A DNA stretch of 64,000 nt, from the IMG/VR virus record IMGVR_UViG_3300021977_000001; one strand, written 5' to 3'. The notes below the pieces were generated by a model, which worked only from the letters and a program-made list of their open reading frames with translations, made no database searches and was not told the DNA's origin. A program made the translations under genes and the position numbers. Positions within the stretch are counted from its first letter, which is position 1. Every line of letters begins with the position of its first letter. This stretch comes from a virus. Positions 27,995 to 37,039 of this stretch are shown here, piece after piece.

Positions 27995-29281
27995 TTAAAG
28001 TTTAAATTGTTCAAGTTCTGTGGCTTTTAAATAAAGATCGTTAGCCAACATGGTCTCAATGTCTTGTTGGAAAGACTTAGAGCGGTCAGCACGACGTCTA
28101 CTTGGAATAAGGTGATTAAATACAAACGCCATCATGCTTGTATGTTCAGACAAGTTGCTAACAATAGCATCTATCTGCTTAATGTCTGCTACTGTGGATG
28201 TACGTTGGCTATCAGAAATGCCAGGCTGTTTTAACCCGTCAATAAGTTGATGACGAATACGTTTAAAACGTTGAGGTAACTCATCGTATTCTTCAACTTC
28301 AAAGAGAGTAAAGAATACCTTTAAAATACCAAAACCAGTCAACACACCCACACCGATTGGTGATAGTAAGCTAGCACCTACTAGGCTACCCCATAATACC
28401 AGCTTTATACCGACCATGGTCATCGTTGATAGATGGGCTGGGTTACCAGTAACGCGAGCAATTCTATCTAGTCCCGTCACTAGCTCTAGAGCAAGGCCGT
28501 GCCGCGCTGCAAACTGATCAGCTAGAGATTCTGCACCTACCGTGTCGTACGCGCTAAACCCTAACTCGCTACGTGTATAATCGTCTTGCTTCTTATACAA
28601 AGTAACGGCCACTGCACGTCTATCTGCAATATCAGCTAGTTCGTCAATATCGCCTAGGTCGACACCGGTTCTATCTTGCGTGTCTTTAAGGATGCGTATT
28701 TTATCTTTACGGTCCTTTGCCTCCGACAACTGCTCTACAGTACCACGTATAATGTAGTTAGCTGACGCTTGACGGGTCATCATTTCAAAATACGTAAACA
28801 CGTGGCCAACTTCGTGAAGAATGATAGCAACTATTTCTTCACTGGAAAACGTTACAGTAGGATGACGCAGTAACTGATCACCTATACCAAGGGTCTGTTT
28901 TACTTCCGTAAACACACCGTCTACCTTACCCTTTCTAAGGTCGATGGTGCCGTCTAATGGCTTGTCTGCAGCGTTGATTAGATCAACGCCTTTCTTAGAC
29001 ATCCATGGTCCCTTTCGCCACTGGTTGACGATAGGGTTACTCGCTGTAAGGGCAGGCAGTTCAACCACCGCACCCATGCCTTTAAATAACCTAACGGTTA
29101 GAGAGATGCCCGTGTGTTGTTTAATGGTTGCAGCCATTTCATCTAAAAGTTCGCCATTTGCAGGTTCTTTTAAAGATTTAAGCTGACTCACTTTAGAGAC
29201 TAACGCCGCTTTTAACACGCCGTTGAACTGATGATCAATCGCCTCGGTAGAGGCAGTGAAGTAATGGGGTAAGCGGTTCAT
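27995..29281 (-). CDS. virion protein with zincin HExxH motif (phiKZ gp84-like)
   Basis: EEIVAIILHEVGHVFTYFE, ESLADQFAARHG, N-terminal ASTE site, internal hydrophobic hairpin. Confidence 0.7.
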   Translation of the reverse strand: MNRLPHYFTASTEAIDHQFNGVLKAALVSKVSQLKSLKEPANGELLDEMAATIKQHTGISLTVRLFKGMGAVVELPALTASNPIVNQWRKGPWMSKKGVDLINAADKPLDGTIDLRKGKVDGVFTEVKQTLGIGDQLLRHPTVTFSSEEIVAIILHEVGHVFTYFEMMTRQASANYIIRGTVEQLSEAKDRKDKIRILKDTQDRTGVDLGDIDELADIADRRAVAVTLYKKQDDYTRSELGFSAYDTVGAESLADQFAARHGLALELVTGLDRIARVTGNPAHLSTMTMVGIKLVLWGSLVGASLLSPIGVGVLTGFGILKVFFTLFEVEEYDELPQRFKRIRHQLIDGLKQPGISDSQRTSTVADIKQIDAIVSNLSEHTSMMAFVFNHLIPSRRRADRSKSFQQDIETMLANDLYLKATELEQFKL

Positions 29282-29360
29282 TATATTCTACTCTATAATA
29301 GATGTGGATTTATACGTATCATAGAAATAGTATAGCCGTGTTAATTAAGGAGCCTTACTA

Positions 29361-31274
29361 ATGGCCATTAATCCAGATGAAATTGCAGGTATTGAGTGCA
29401 TTCATGCTAACTATTTTGTTAATCAGAACACTAAAAAAGATGACCTTGTATTGGTTAAAGAACGTGTGCATTTAAAAGACGGTTCTACTGTATCACGTAT
29501 GGTGCCTAAGATTAATGTAAAGAAATCATTTTACATTACACGTGAAGGCCATCAGAACCATCACGAGAAAAAAGAATGGGAAGATAGAAACAAAGTACAG
29601 CGTTATCAGTCTACTCAGGTGCTGTTAGCTGACAACGTAGCCCGTGCCTTAGGGCAGACGCCTGGGTTTATGCGTTTAGGTATGCTAAACCGTAATCCTT
29701 ACGTATACGGTACCGACATCATGCCTACGGTGTTAGTTAAACACAAATACATAAAAGACTATCCAGACTATAACGATGCGCGTTATGATGCAGATAATGC
29801 GGTACTGGATTTAGAGACTAATACCGTTTTTGAACACCTACATCCAGACGACCAGGCGATGTGTCGTAAGTTTGACGATAAGATAGGCGATGTCCAGCGA
29901 CGCATGGACTTCATGCGTCTACAACAGGAAGAGGCCAATCAGAAACCTGACGGTAAGAAAGCGGCTAAACGCATTGCAGAACAGCTAAAGCTTGCAAGGG
30001 AAGAAGTAGTACAGCTACAGGCGGAACGTAAACCGTACGAGCAACCTATTATCTCTGGTTCGTTAACCATGAAAGATAAAGTCTTTATTGCTGTAACTAA
30101 ACGTTTCGCACAGCGTATACAGGGCAAGGCGGTACCGGTCGTTGAGGGGCTATTTGATCTTTATCTGAGCAAATATAAAGAAGAAAGAAACATTACTTTA
30201 GAGGTGGAGATAGTTGAAAACGACTTTGAAGTAACTCGCGCTTTACTTCAACGCGCTCATGCGTGGAGACCAGATTTCATTCTAATTTGGAATATGAACT
30301 TTGATATTCCAAAGATGATAGAGTCATGCAAGCGCCATAATGAAGATCCTGCTTACGTATTTAGCGACCCTAAAATACCGCCTGAGTATAAGTATTTTAA
30401 ATATAAAGAAGGGCAATTACAGAAGACTAAGGCAGATGGCAAAACGTACTCCCAACACGTTGCCGACCTATGGCATACGGTCATAGCGCCTGCTAGCTTC
30501 TACTTTATTGACTCTATGTGTTTGTATAAGAAACTACGTGTAACGGAAGCACAGCAACCATCCTATAGCTTAGATGCTATTTTAGGTAGGCACTTAAATC
30601 TATCTAAATTAAAGTTTGAGGAAGCTGACGCTTATAAAGGGTTAGAATGGCATCAGTTCATGCAGACTAACTACCCTGCTGAATACCTTATCTATAACGC
30701 TTTTGACTGCATAGCGGTTGAACTATTAGATGAAGATCAGACAGACATTAAGAAGATGCGTATCTTGTTAGGTCACTCAGACCTTATCAAGTTCCCCTCT
30801 ACACCAAGACGTCTTGCAGATGACTTACATTTCGTCTGCGAGGAAGAAGAAGGTAAGGTGATGGGGTCGACTAGTGATCAGATGGTCGCAGATGAAGATG
30901 AATTGCTTCCTTCTCTACAGGGGTGGATTTGTACCCTACCTAGCCATCTAATCCACAAGCGTGGTTTAAATCTATTAGAAGAAGATCCTAATGTAGAAAC
31001 CGGTCTATCGGTAGCGGTGAGCGATCTAGACGTTGCGGCGGGTTATCCAAACATCGGTATTATCACTAACGCCTCTAGAGAGACAACAATTCTTGAATTC
31101 TGCCGTATACAGAATAAGAGTGATGATGTCTACAGACGCGCTGCGTTAAACCTCACAGCAGCACAGACCAATGCGGTAGAAGTGTGTAGGGATATTCTCT
31201 CCATGCCGGATATGAACACGTTGTTAAAGGAGTTTACTAAAGAACACAACATCGATCATCCTGTAAACAGTTAA
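29361..31274 (+). CDS. split family-B DNA polymerase, exonuclease-containing subunit (phiKZ gp82-like)
   Basis: ExoI DLETN, ExoII IWNMNFDIPKM, FIDSMCLYKKLR, SYSLDAIL, ExoIII YNAFD, motif A-like DLDVAAGYP. Confidence 0.85.
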   Translation: MAINPDEIAGIECIHANYFVNQNTKKDDLVLVKERVHLKDGSTVSRMVPKINVKKSFYITREGHQNHHEKKEWEDRNKVQRYQSTQVLLADNVARALGQTPGFMRLGMLNRNPYVYGTDIMPTVLVKHKYIKDYPDYNDARYDADNAVLDLETNTVFEHLHPDDQAMCRKFDDKIGDVQRRMDFMRLQQEEANQKPDGKKAAKRIAEQLKLAREEVVQLQAERKPYEQPIISGSLTMKDKVFIAVTKRFAQRIQGKAVPVVEGLFDLYLSKYKEERNITLEVEIVENDFEVTRALLQRAHAWRPDFILIWNMNFDIPKMIESCKRHNEDPAYVFSDPKIPPEYKYFKYKEGQLQKTKADGKTYSQHVADLWHTVIAPASFYFIDSMCLYKKLRVTEAQQPSYSLDAILGRHLNLSKLKFEEADAYKGLEWHQFMQTNYPAEYLIYNAFDCIAVELLDEDQTDIKKMRILLGHSDLIKFPSTPRRLADDLHFVCEEEEGKVMGSTSDQMVADEDELLPSLQGWICTLPSHLIHKRGLNLLEEDPNVETGLSVAVSDLDVAAGYPNIGIITNASRETTILEFCRIQNKSDDVYRRAALNLTAAQTNAVEVCRDILSMPDMNTLLKEFTKEHNIDHPVNS

Positions 31275-31284
31275 AAAAAGAAAG

Positions 31285-31322
31285 ACAGCATAACCCTCCC
31301 TACCCATTACAGGTAGGGAGGG
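31285..31322. terminator. bidirectional terminator
   Basis: CCCTCCCTACC / GGTAGGGAGGG stem; TATGCTGT variant on the minus side. Confidence 0.7.
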
Positions 31323-31327
31323 TGGTG

Positions 31328-31588
31328 TTATGCGTTTAGGTTCTTTTCAATAGACCTAAAGATAGACTCTTCCATCCACGTAGGAACAACAAAGAACACG
31401 GGATTACCGAATAGTTTAGGATAACCTACACCATCTGTACCGTTCCACCGTACGCCCATCGTTGAACGCCAAGTACCATCGTCATGACGATACTCACCTT
31501 TCACAACACTAAAGTTACCATCATCGAAAGCGACCTCAGTATTCTTCCAACGTTTAGCTTTTGTTACTACATCAATTGCGTTTGGCAT
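31328..31588 (-). CDS. small conserved hypothetical protein
   Basis: 86 aa, GVRWNG...GYPKLFGNPVFFVVP. Confidence 0.6.
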   Translation of the reverse strand: MPNAIDVVTKAKRWKNTEVAFDDGNFSVVKGEYRHDDGTWRSTMGVRWNGTDGVGYPKLFGNPVFFVVPTWMEESIFRSIEKNLNA

Positions 31589-31655
31589 ATTATAGATTCC
31601 TCAAATATATACACAACGTTAATTAAAGATAGATGAATGCCCATCTATCCGTTTA

Positions 31656-32102
31656 TCATACCACCTCACCATTACCTAGTGAGATAGCTTTAACACCCTG
31701 GGTTATTTCTACAGGGGTTACATTTCTAAGCGCGTTAGATAGGTTATTAACCATTGCTAGGCAGGCCTGGCTTTGACCTATCCCCTCATCGCTGTATCTT
31801 ACAATGTCAGTAATGAGTTGTTTTTCCATTACTGCCATATAAAAGGTACGTTCTTTAACAGTACCCGGCTGCTCACCTAGTTCAATAAGACCGCGACGTA
31901 AGGTGTTTAAATGCTCGTCAAAGAACACCATAGCTAGGGAACCATACGGGTGACCTATACTTTGGAATATGGATTTTAACCCATCAAGACGCGTATGGAC
32001 CATAGAGTGGATATCTCCAGCGTCGATTAAAGCTTGACCTATGTTATACTTAACCCAGTAATTATTGTGGTATTGGCTAAGGAGTTTTAGTTTATTATTC
32101 AT
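31656..32102 (-). CDS. hypothetical protein (probably early)
   Basis: Probable start MNNKLK (32102), downstream of an early promoter motif. Confidence 0.6.
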   Translation of the reverse strand: MNNKLKLLSQYHNNYWVKYNIGQALIDAGDIHSMVHTRLDGLKSIFQSIGHPYGSLAMVFFDEHLNTLRRGLIELGEQPGTVKERTFYMAVMEKQLITDIVRYSDEGIGQSQACLAMVNNLSNALRNVTPVEITQGVKAISLGNGEVV

Positions 32103-32162
32103 TGGCTTATTCTCTTTTATATTAATAATAGCGCAGCTCAATAAGGGCATTGAGTCACAATA

Positions 32163-32172
32163 GTAATATAGG
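32163..32172 (-). promoter_or_regulatory. early promoter motif (CCTATATTAC)
   Basis: Exact TATATTAC, intergenic. Confidence 0.55.
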
Positions 32173-32197
32173 TCTATAAACTTTTACCTTGATCTTG

Positions 32198-32238
32198 ACG
32201 GCATAAAACCAGCCTCTACCTGGAGGGATAGAGGCTGG
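32198..32238 (-). terminator. hairpin + TTTTATGCCGT terminator
   Basis: CCAGCCTCTA / TAGAGGCTGG stem then TTTTATGCCGT. Confidence 0.7.
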
Positions 32239-32265
32239 AGTGGGGCGCTGATTGCAGAAAGCTAA

Positions 32266-33051
32266 TTAGCTTGAAAAGAAAGCAATCAACTTCTGCTCTT
32301 TTTCACTGTTACGCAAGGTTGCTGCTGTAAGCTCAACATCAATTTGCTTCAGTGCTTGTTTACGTGACGATGGATCACATACCATAATGAACATGTTCAT
32401 TAAGCGCTCAAAGCATTTACGATCTTGTGTAGATAGCTTCACCTGATCGATAAAGCGGTAAACACGCTTCTCATGGAAAGCACTAGCACGGTTATCATTG
32501 ATGATGGAAAGTACAGTATTGATAGTAGTGTACAGTTCCTTACCTTCAAGACCTAACATACGCTGGAAGGCACGATAGATCAGTACCTGTTGCTGCGTAC
32601 CAATGGTGGCATTGATAGGAATACCTTTAGCCATCTTTTCCGCGTACGTACGTACCGCGTTGATTACACCTTCAGCAGTAATGCTTAACCCTTCAGGCAT
32701 GGTGAAACCAGCTTCAGAAGTTTCTTCTTGGCTTTCTTCACTCTCACCGTCTTGCTCTTTAGCGGTTTCTTGCTCAGTGGCGTCACCAGACTCAGATTCG
32801 CTATCATCGCCGCTATCTTGAACATCCGCTAGGTTAACGTCAGTGCTGCCTTCTACTGGAGCAGGGTCTGCTGGCGGAGCGTCGTTAGCTTCTGCTTCAG
32901 CCTGCTGGGTCGCCTCTACCTTTTGCTGTTCTTCTTTAGAAGGCGCAGGAGCGGCTGTTGATTTCTTGGTTGATGCGCCACGGCGCGATGAACGACGCTT
33001 GCCGCTAGTTGATTCAGTCATATTTATCACCTTAGTCGATGGGTTGGACAA
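32266..33051 (-). CDS. conserved phiKZ-like protein with acidic disordered N-terminus
   Basis: Low-complexity N half; conserved-looking C half (IYRAFQRMLGLEG...AFHEKRVYRF). Confidence 0.65.
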   Translation of the reverse strand: MSNPSTKVINMTESTSGKRRSSRRGASTKKSTAAPAPSKEEQQKVEATQQAEAEANDAPPADPAPVEGSTDVNLADVQDSGDDSESESGDATEQETAKEQDGESEESQEETSEAGFTMPEGLSITAEGVINAVRTYAEKMAKGIPINATIGTQQQVLIYRAFQRMLGLEGKELYTTINTVLSIINDNRASAFHEKRVYRFIDQVKLSTQDRKCFERLMNMFIMVCDPSSRKQALKQIDVELTAATLRNSEKEQKLIAFFSS

Positions 33052-33124
33052 CGTTTATACATAGAATTAAACCATAAAGGTTAGCTTCTACGTATAATTG
33101 CTTCTGGATTAACTTGTCATAGTA

Positions 33125-33640
33125 TCACCTGACCGGCACTGTTCTTATGTGGCCGTTGATGATCTCTGTTTTAACACTATTATCTAAACTTGCGTAAGGA
33201 TAACCAAATTTAGTGTGTGCTTTTAAAAAGTGATCAACAATACCGACCCCTAAGTTATCATAAGGCATATAGTTGTCATGTAAGGTCCTAACCGTTACTT
33301 CTTTGATTAGATTATCAGCATAATAACCATACATGTCTTTATGAGACGACGCACCTGTTGGTGTTAACGTATCATAATAAACACCATCGACGCTAAAGTA
33401 AGCATGGTTGACATTATCAAAGAATTTAACATCATACCCACGGCGTTTTAGATAAAGACCGATAGCCATTGCAGCAACGCCACAGTCACCTGAGTTGATA
33501 CGTTCTAACGTAGCATGGTTAGGTAGACTGGCTTGTTCTATACGGCGTGTTAAGTCTTTATGCGTCTTTACGGGGACAGGTTGAATATTCATTAGCTTTT
33601 CATAATGCAAGATGAACGTGTGGGTAGCGATAGCTATCAT
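33125..33640 (-). CDS. transglutaminase/papain-like fold protein
   Basis: Candidate triad INSGDCG ... NHAYF ... YYDT. Confidence 0.45.
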   Translation of the reverse strand: MIAIATHTFILHYEKLMNIQPVPVKTHKDLTRRIEQASLPNHATLERINSGDCGVAAMAIGLYLKRRGYDVKFFDNVNHAYFSVDGVYYDTLTPTGASSHKDMYGYYADNLIKEVTVRTLHDNYMPYDNLGVGIVDHFLKAHTKFGYPYASLDNSVKTEIINGHIRTVPVR

Positions 33641-33679
33641 TCTCTATTCCTTAGTTTAGAATTATTATATCTCATAGGT

Positions 33680-33689
33680 GTAATGTAGG
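33680..33689 (-). promoter_or_regulatory. early promoter motif variant (CCTACATTAC)
   Basis: One mismatch to TATATTAC, upstream of 33125..33640. Confidence 0.45.
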
Positions 33690-33703
33690 GGTGTTTTTAA
33701 TTA

Positions 33704-33734
33704 ACGGCATAAAGAGAGGGCTAAGCCCTCTTCT
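33704..33734 (-). terminator. hairpin + TTTATGCCGT terminator
   Basis: GAGGGC / GCCCTC stem then TCTTTATGCCGT. Confidence 0.65.
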
Positions 33735-34463
33735 TTAATTTACAGGATCGACAACGCCAAGCTGTTTTCTAAATCCATCAATGAGTTTAACATAACTTAT
33801 TGTTTCTTTAGAATGACGGCCAGTGATGTCTGGCAGGCAGGCAATGATATCATTATAACCACTAGGACCACCGCAGGCCTTTTGTGCATTGAGAATATGC
33901 CCACACCCTGCGTTATAGCACGCTTGCGCTAACCATATTCTGTCAAGTTGAGGACGAGGGGATGTCCAGAAGTTATAGCGCGTATTCATATACCACGCCC
34001 CTGCTTCAATATTAGTCCGCGCATCCCATACATCGCGGCCTTGTTTAACCGCTTCAGGCACACCTTCAAATGTACCGGGCATGAATTGACAGACACCCCC
34101 GGCACCTACCGGACTTACTGCTTTAGGATTAAAACGACTCTCCTGCCAACATTGCGCCTTTAACCATTTCCAGTCTATCTGAGGCATATGCCAGCTCATC
34201 GCTGCCTTAAAAAACACATCGTATTTAATAGACTGAAGACCGGTTAACTTAGACGCATCGACAACTTGATAGGTGTTTTCTTCTATCTCGTCTTTTTCAA
34301 CAGCTATAGGATCAGGTTCTTCCATTACCTCTTCTACAACAGGTGCTGGCGGGACATCGATTACCTCTACAGTAACGGGTTCGGTCTTATCGTAATCTGG
34401 CGGCGGGATAGACTCCCCACATGCCGTTAACAAAACCAATGTCAGTAATAATGACAAACGCAT
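33735..34463 (-). CDS. lipoprotein lytic transglycosylase (SLT domain)
   Basis: Lipobox LLTAC(15); Pro/Glu-rich linker; SLT motifs AQCWQESRFNPKAVSPVGAGGVCQFMPGT, NIEAGAWY, YNAGCG, ETISYV. Confidence 0.9.
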   Translation of the reverse strand: MRLSLLLTLVLLTACGESIPPPDYDKTEPVTVEVIDVPPAPVVEEVMEEPDPIAVEKDEIEENTYQVVDASKLTGLQSIKYDVFFKAAMSWHMPQIDWKWLKAQCWQESRFNPKAVSPVGAGGVCQFMPGTFEGVPEAVKQGRDVWDARTNIEAGAWYMNTRYNFWTSPRPQLDRIWLAQACYNAGCGHILNAQKACGGPSGYNDIIACLPDITGRHSKETISYVKLIDGFRKQLGVVDPVN

Positions 34464-34472
34464 ACTGTCTCC

Positions 34473-34703
34473 TTATACCAAGGCAAAGCAGCCTAGTAGC
34501 ATAATAGCAAATGCAATCATGCGAGTGTTCCAGTAACTGACTTTTGCCTTATCATCCTCGATCTCATCCCACTCTTCTTTAAATCGAATGTCAAGTACTT
34601 TATCGGCAACACGTAAAGCGACAAACCAAAACACTAATACGATAGTAGCTGCAATGAGCTTTTTAGAAATAGCAAACAAGATTGGATATACAAACGCTTC
34701 CAT
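34473..34703 (-). CDS. two-TM small membrane protein (holin-like, next to the SLT gene)
   Basis: Two hydrophobic helices around a charged loop; directly upstream of the transglycosylase. Confidence 0.5.
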   Translation of the reverse strand: MEAFVYPILFAISKKLIAATIVLVFWFVALRVADKVLDIRFKEEWDEIEDDKAKVSYWNTRMIAFAIMLLGCFALV

Positions 34704-34718
34704 AATGGACTCCTTAAA

Positions 34719-36008
34719 TTAACCAAGAGACTTCTGTGCATAAGTCATTAACGCGTACATAGACCTAACACCATGCCCCATAAGTGATACATAGGGTTTG
34801 TCTAATCGCATCGCTTGAAACCTAACTACGTTACGTACAAGCTCGGAAACGGCTTGTTTGGCCTCGTCGCCGTCATCGGTAATGATACCTACCGCTTTAT
34901 TCCCTACCTTGATAAGTTTCTCTTTAACCCGCTCTATCTCATCTATCTGATCGTGGTAGATTTCAAAAGATTCAATAATACCTCGACACACATTACACAC
35001 CTCTTGCACCTGCACTTCGGTTAAAGGTTCAACGTCAACAGAGGTGTTGGTTGTATTGATGGTGCGACTATATACGTCAACATGACTACTGGCTAAATGC
35101 TTAGCACCTAACTTAGCATAATTGACAATAGTAGGAAGGTGCTTGAGTACCGCTTTATGTCCCTCGCTGTGGAATCTAGGGTAACGATATAAAGGCATTC
35201 TTCCACCTAAGATCTCACCCTGACGCGGGGCGAAGGTAAGGTGACGTTCGGTGGTTATACCTTTTACATTAACAGACTCACCCCATATGCCTGCTGGAGG
35301 GTGTCTCTCACCTATTTCAACATCTACACGAGATAGCGTCATAAGCTGCTTGACAAGCTCTTTAGCCTCATCGTAACCAGGGGTGTTAAAATCGTCTAAC
35401 TCACCTTGAAAGGTCGTAGGTACTGTCTCTACTGCTTTAATAGTAGATTCGGCATTGCTTAATACAGAGGGAAAATCTACTTCAAAACAATCACGTATAA
35501 CGATGTGTGTTTGATTTAGATCCTTTAATATCTGTTCACGTGTTATTTTACTGCCAGCTAGATAGGCAAGTTCTTCACTAAGCGTCACCGTGTCGCTATA
35601 GTGGTAACTGTGTTTCATTTTGCTAACGGACTCAACTAGCGCCTTTAGTTTAGGAATAGCGGAAGATATCTTCTTAGCCCACACCTTAACTTTCTTCATC
35701 CCTTCGATGATGTGTTTGATGATGTTCTTCCACACTACTTTTACTTGATCACGCAGTCCCTCTAAACTCATAGAAGTGCTAGGTATCCCCACTCGCTTAA
35801 GCATTGCAACCTGGTGATCCTCTAAAGACACGTTGTTTTCTATTGAGTCAGCTATGCGTTCAATCGCGTTGAGTGTAGCGGTCTCTTTTTCTATCGTATC
35901 AAAAACACCTTCAAGGGTCATGGTTAATCCCTCTACCTGCATTAGCGTGGTGGACATTTGCAAGTGATCTATCATAGCTCTTGCTACACCTGGTCGTAAG
36001 ACTGACAT
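34719..36008 (-). CDS. internal head protein paralog
   Basis: TLE/SLE/SLE|GLRDQVKVVWKNIIKHII propeptide and helix pattern shared with 16948 and 18371. Confidence 0.65.
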   Translation of the reverse strand: MSVLRPGVARAMIDHLQMSTTLMQVEGLTMTLEGVFDTIEKETATLNAIERIADSIENNVSLEDHQVAMLKRVGIPSTSMSLEGLRDQVKVVWKNIIKHIIEGMKKVKVWAKKISSAIPKLKALVESVSKMKHSYHYSDTVTLSEELAYLAGSKITREQILKDLNQTHIVIRDCFEVDFPSVLSNAESTIKAVETVPTTFQGELDDFNTPGYDEAKELVKQLMTLSRVDVEIGERHPPAGIWGESVNVKGITTERHLTFAPRQGEILGGRMPLYRYPRFHSEGHKAVLKHLPTIVNYAKLGAKHLASSHVDVYSRTINTTNTSVDVEPLTEVQVQEVCNVCRGIIESFEIYHDQIDEIERVKEKLIKVGNKAVGIITDDGDEAKQAVSELVRNVVRFQAMRLDKPYVSLMGHGVRSMYALMTYAQKSLG

Positions 36009-36033
36009 GGTCTCTCCTTGTTAAATAAGTAAT

Positions 36034-36489
36034 TCATAAGCATACCGTGATATCTAGATCTAAGTCCTCGTAAAGGTCTTCATCGAATACCTCTTTAAAT
36101 AAAGCTATTACGCTATCTGACGACAAACCTCCCTTACCACACCCCAATAAAGGAAAGGCTATTCGTTTAACATTGCGCTTAGGTAAGTTATCTAAGCACG
36201 AATATAAACCTTTTTGTATCCATGCTAGTTGTGAGCCATTCATCCAATGATCTTTGGTTGCAAAACACAGTACATTTATATTGCTTTGTTTATATAGCCA
36301 GCAGTCACCTGGCCTTAGTTGCCTATTAAGACATAAATTACGATAACCTTCAAACAATGCTGAAGGAAACCGTAGTTTAAAAGCAAGCGCCAGCCCATTA
36401 CCCATAGTACCCATGCAGTTAACAGGACATACTAGGGTATCTACGTCGTTTAAATAGAATAAGTCAGCATGGATAAATCGTAATCTCAT
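36034..36489 (-). CDS. stand-alone DarG-like macrodomain (ADP-ribosyl hydrolase)
   Basis: LVCPVNCMGTMGNGLALAFKLRFP, FATKDHW (DarG FPTKxHW catalytic Lys), IAFPLLGCGKGGL. Confidence 0.85.
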   Translation of the reverse strand: MRLRFIHADLFYLNDVDTLVCPVNCMGTMGNGLALAFKLRFPSALFEGYRNLCLNRQLRPGDCWLYKQSNINVLCFATKDHWMNGSQLAWIQKGLYSCLDNLPKRNVKRIAFPLLGCGKGGLSSDSVIALFKEVFDEDLYEDLDLDITVCL

Positions 36490-36542
36490 ACATCACCTAT
36501 ATTGTTATACATACGTTAACTAGGTACTGTAATTGTCAACTG

Positions 36543-36574
36543 ACGGCATAGAGAGGAGGTGTTACCCTCCCTCT
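36543..36574 (-). terminator. hairpin + TATGCCGT terminator
   Basis: GAGGGAGG / CCTCCTCTC stem then TATGCCGT. Confidence 0.6.
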
Positions 36575-36980
36575 ATTTCTTTACCTTTTTAGACCTTTGG
36601 GCCCGCATGGCTTTACGCTTAGCATTACGCTGCTCGTTAACAGCTTCACGCATCTCCTCTTGAATTTGCTGCATCTGTTCTTCTTCTTCAGTGATTGCTT
36701 TAGCAGCATCATCGAAGATATCAGTCACTGTATCGCGAGGCAGTGCAAGTAGCTCTGTTAACGAAAGACCGTAGCGTTTCTGAATATCGTAAATTCTAAA
36801 CCGTTTAATAATAAAAGGTTTTAGCCCCACCTTTAAGGTATCTTCAATAGGATGCTGGGCAACAATACTTAAAGGATTGTAAGCTGCGCTGTCGTAGTTA
36901 AAGATACCGTAGGTGTGGTCATACGCTTCAGATAATGCAATCTGCGCCCCTATGTTATCTAGAGGCGGTAAATGCATCAT
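36573..36980 (-). CDS. conserved phiKZ-like protein
   Basis: AYDHTYGIFNY...PLSIVAQHPIED...YGLSLTELLALPRD family pattern; true start may lie upstream. Confidence 0.6.
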   Translation of the reverse strand: MMHLPPLDNIGAQIALSEAYDHTYGIFNYDSAAYNPLSIVAQHPIEDTLKVGLKPFIIKRFRIYDIQKRYGLSLTELLALPRDTVTDIFDDAAKAITEEEEQMQQIQEEMREAVNEQRNAKRKAMRAQRSKKVKK

Positions 36981-37039
36981 TGCTTGGTTTAGCGGTGAAC
37001 TAGCGTCTTGTTCTTTTTCAAGCCCAAAGCGAGGCGATA

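Noticed and set aside
29823-30044. Intein in the DNA polymerase subunit
   Set aside because: The insert is short, helical and lacks intein splice-junction residues.
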